64,000 nucleotides of DNA from the NCBI GenBank assembly GCA_963701985.1, contig OY969691.1:888135-952134 (forward strand). The letters run 5' to 3'. Shown piece after piece: positions 61,924 through 64,000 of the stretch. A model generated the notes under the pieces. That model saw nothing but the letters and a program-made list of their open reading frames with translations, was not told where the DNA came from and did no database searches. Numbering within the stretch: the first letter of the stretch is position 1; each line of letters opens with the position of its first letter. A program made the position numbers and the translations under genes. Source of the stretch: an uncultured Coriobacteriia bacterium. Lineage in GTDB: Bacteria > Actinomycetota > Coriobacteriia > Anaerosomatales > PALSA-660.

Positions 61924-62907
61924 CTACTTCAGGAACCCCTCGGACTTGAGCCAGGTGGTCGCCACCGTCTGCGGGTCCTTGCCCTGGACCGCGATCTGGC
62001 CGTTGAGGTTCTGCAGCGTCTGCAGGGTCAGCTTCGCGAAGACGGGATCGAGGATGGTCGCGAGCTGCGGGTACTTGTCGTAGACATCCTTGCGCACGGT
62101 CGGGGCGGGCTGGTAGATCGGCTGCGCCGCCTTGGGGTCGCTGAGCACGACGAGGTCGAGGGCCGACAGCGTTCCGTCGGTCCCGTACGCCATGGCCGCG
62201 TTCACGCCGTTCGTCCCGTCCGCGAGGGTCTTCTCCGTCACCGCGGTATCGCCGGTGGCCAGCGCGATGGTCTGGCCGCTCTTGAGCGTGAACCCGTACG
62301 CCTTCTCGAAGGCGGGCATCGCGGCGCTGCTCGAGAAGAACTCCTGGGAGCCGACGATCTTCACGGGCTTGCCCGCGTTGATGTATGCGGCCCAGTCGGC
62401 CATCGACGAGATGTGGTTGGCCGTCGCGAACTTCTTCGTCAGCGCGACCGCCCACGTGTTGTTCGCGGGCGCGGGCTGCAGCCAGACGACGTTGTTGACC
62501 TTGAGGTCCAGCGTCTTGACGGTGTCGTAGGTCTGCGTCGCGCTCTTCAGCACGGCGGGGTCGATGTTCTGGTCCTTCAAGAACACGAGCACGCCGTTCG
62601 CCGTGTACTCCGGATAGATGTCGATCTGGCCCGTGAGCAGGGCCTTGCGGACCACGTCGGTGGCGCCGGTGCGCGTGTCGTCCACGACGGTGAAACCGTT
62701 CGCCCTCAGCATCGCGATGATCATCTGGCCCAGCAGCGAACCCTCGATGTCGATCTTGCTGCCGACGCGGATGGTCCCCGCGGTCCCGCTCGGCGTCGTC
62801 GTCGTCGTGCCGGAGGGCGCCGTGGATGAAGGCGCACAGCCGCCGACCGCGATCGCCAGGATCGCGATCAGCGCGATCGCGATCACAACCCTACCAGCGT
62901 TCCTCAT
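61924..62907 (-). CDS. Osmoprotectant-binding lipoprotein (substrate-binding component)
   Basis: ORF trimmed to ATG 62907 (GGGAGG upstream). Lipoprotein signal VVIAIALIAILAIAVGGC. It is the first gene of the four-gene ABC operon. Confidence 0.85.
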   Translation of the reverse strand: MRNAGRVVIAIALIAILAIAVGGCAPSSTAPSGTTTTTPSGTAGTIRVGSKIDIEGSLLGQMIIAMLRANGFTVVDDTRTGATDVVRKALLTGQIDIYPEYTANGVLVFLKDQNIDPAVLKSATQTYDTVKTLDLKVNNVVWLQPAPANNTWAVALTKKFATANHISSMADWAAYINAGKPVKIVGSQEFFSSSAAMPAFEKAYGFTLKSGQTIALATGDTAVTEKTLADGTNGVNAAMAYGTDGTLSALDLVVLSDPKAAQPIYQPAPTVRKDVYDKYPQLATILDPVFAKLTLQTLQNLNGQIAVQGKDPQTVATTWLKSEGFLK

Positions 62908-63103
62908 GATGGCCTCCCCGTCCGCGAGACAGCCTCGAGTCCCGGCACTCAGCGTCGCCACGCGTCAAAGATACCCTTTCGGCCGCGAACGAGTGCCGGA
63001 GCAGACGACGCATAGTCGTGCTCGCGAGAATGCAGGATGATAACTTCTTCTCCGGAAGTGATGCTAGACTGCGCACAACGTGGGACTCGGGAGGAGGAGG
63101 ACG

Positions 63104-64000
63104 ATGGGTATGAGGAGAGAGCGTTCCGCACTGGTGGTGGCTGTCATCGCCGGTGCACTCGTGGCGCTTCTCGTGAGCGGTTGCGCGCCGAAGACCACCC
63201 CGACGGGGACGACGACCGGGGTGATCACGATCGGTGTGGAGACAGGCCTCACGGGGCCGCTGCCGGACTACGGGTATACCGCGGCCGAAGGCGCGAAGCT
63301 CGCCGCCAACGATCTGAACGCCAAGGGCGTCACGATCGGCGGCAAGAAGTACACGGTGCAGGTCGTCGTCAAGGACGACGCCGCCGATCCGGCTCAGGCG
63401 CCGGTCGTGGCGCAGGGCTTCGTCGACTCGAAGGTGGACGGGGTCGTCGGACCGCTGACCTCGGGAGCGGCGGAAGCGGCCGGCCCGATCTACCATCAGG
63501 CGGGCATCCCGGTGATCACGGCCTCCGCGACGTTGGCGACCCTGACGCAGATGGGATGGACGAACTTCTTCCGTAACTGCGTCGGCGACAACATCCAGGG
63601 CCGAGAGCTCGCCAAGTGGGCGGTGTCACTCGGCTACAAGAAGATCGCGGTCATGGACGACAGCAGCGCCTATGCGGTCGGCCTGGCCGACAACGTCGTC
63701 AAGAACATCGTCGCGCCGGCGAAGTCGCTGCGTCAGTCCTGCAAGGACACCGACACCGACTTCTCCGCGCAGATCGCCAACATCAAGAACTTCGGCGCCG
63801 ACGCCGTCATCTTCACCGGCTACCACAAGCAGGCGGCCATGCTGCGCCAGCAGCTGGTCGCGGCGGGCCTCGGCAAGATCCAGGAGTTCGGCGGCGACGG
63901 TGTCAAGTCGTCTGACTTCGCGGCCGAGTCGGGCGGCGCCGTCAACGCCAAGGGCGTGCTGTGCACGATCGGCGCGTTCGGCACGGCGAACCCCGAGGAG
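63104..64000 (+). CDS. Branched-chain amino acid-type ABC transporter substrate-binding lipoprotein (LivJ-like), 3' end off window
   Basis: Absent from the ORF track because it is open at the edge. ATG 63104 follows GGGAGGAGGAGG. My translation is MGMRRERSALVVAVIAGALVALLVSGCAPK...ITIGVETGLTGPLPDYGY...GVVGPLTSGAA...TDFSAQIANIK, and it stays in frame to 64000. Confidence 0.85.
   Translation, partial: MGMRRERSALVVAVIAGALVALLVSGCAPKTTPTGTTTGVITIGVETGLTGPLPDYGYTAAEGAKLAANDLNAKGVTIGGKKYTVQVVVKDDAADPAQAPVVAQGFVDSKVDGVVGPLTSGAAEAAGPIYHQAGIPVITASATLATLTQMGWTNFFRNCVGDNIQGRELAKWAVSLGYKKIAVMDDSSAYAVGLADNVVKNIVAPAKSLRQSCKDTDTDFSAQIANIKNFGADAVIFTGYHKQAAMLRQQLVAAGLGKIQEFGGDGVKSSDFAAESGGAVNAKGVLCTIGAFGTANPEE

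Noticed and set aside
63030-63075. Relatively AT-richer segment between the opu operon and the livJ-like gene, as a divergent promoter (TAGACT and GATAAC -10-like hexamers, TCCGGA palindrome).
   Set aside because: No convincing -35/-10 pair at proper spacing. It is plausible as a promoter region, but I cannot place the elements.

Overview
Very GC-rich bacterial chromosomal segment with about 60 genes, roughly 90% on the minus strand, mostly housekeeping. The gene order tilS-hpt-ftsH ... folE-folP-folK ... panBC ... coaX looks Actinomycetota-like; that taxon call is inference only.

Contents:
1. Envelope-glycan cluster (1-7948): four GT2 enzymes, an ABC exporter and a GT-C-like membrane protein.
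2. Heme genes hemA-hemC-hemD-tRNA-Ala-hemB plus an AhbD/NirJ-type radical SAM enzyme (8032-14163).
3. A 1,666-aa secreted surface protein (14379-19379) with NHL and FG-GAP beta-propellers, Ig/cadherin/FN3 modules and an OmpA-like C-terminus.
4. A variant System I cytochrome c maturation operon, ccmE(CxxxY)-F-A-B-C-D, plus a CcsA/HemX-like gene (20495-26699).
5. Cofactor genes: coaX, bioY/birA with a clear palindromic operator, nadABC, panBC and folE/P/K, plus hppA.
6. A complete Tad/Flp pilus operon (45376-52371), including a 57-aa Flp pilin that is absent from the ORF track, next to a GAF-kinase/LuxR pair.
7. ftsH-hpt-tilS, an Opu-type osmoprotectant ABC transporter and a LivJ-like binding protein.

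I saw no CRISPR array, transposase, integrase or rRNA.

The strangest property is that 13 genes are broken by small indels. Most of these sit in four patches (hemB, hemA, ccmC-ccmF, nadC-nadA), while long stretches of 5-15 kb are clean. I judge this more likely to be patchy consensus error than real gene decay, but it needs the reads to settle.

I did not find a convincing wholly new multi-gene system. The best candidates are the double-propeller OmpA-anchored giant protein, the tandem-OB CxxxY CcmE, and the uncharacterised gene pair at 27105-28567.
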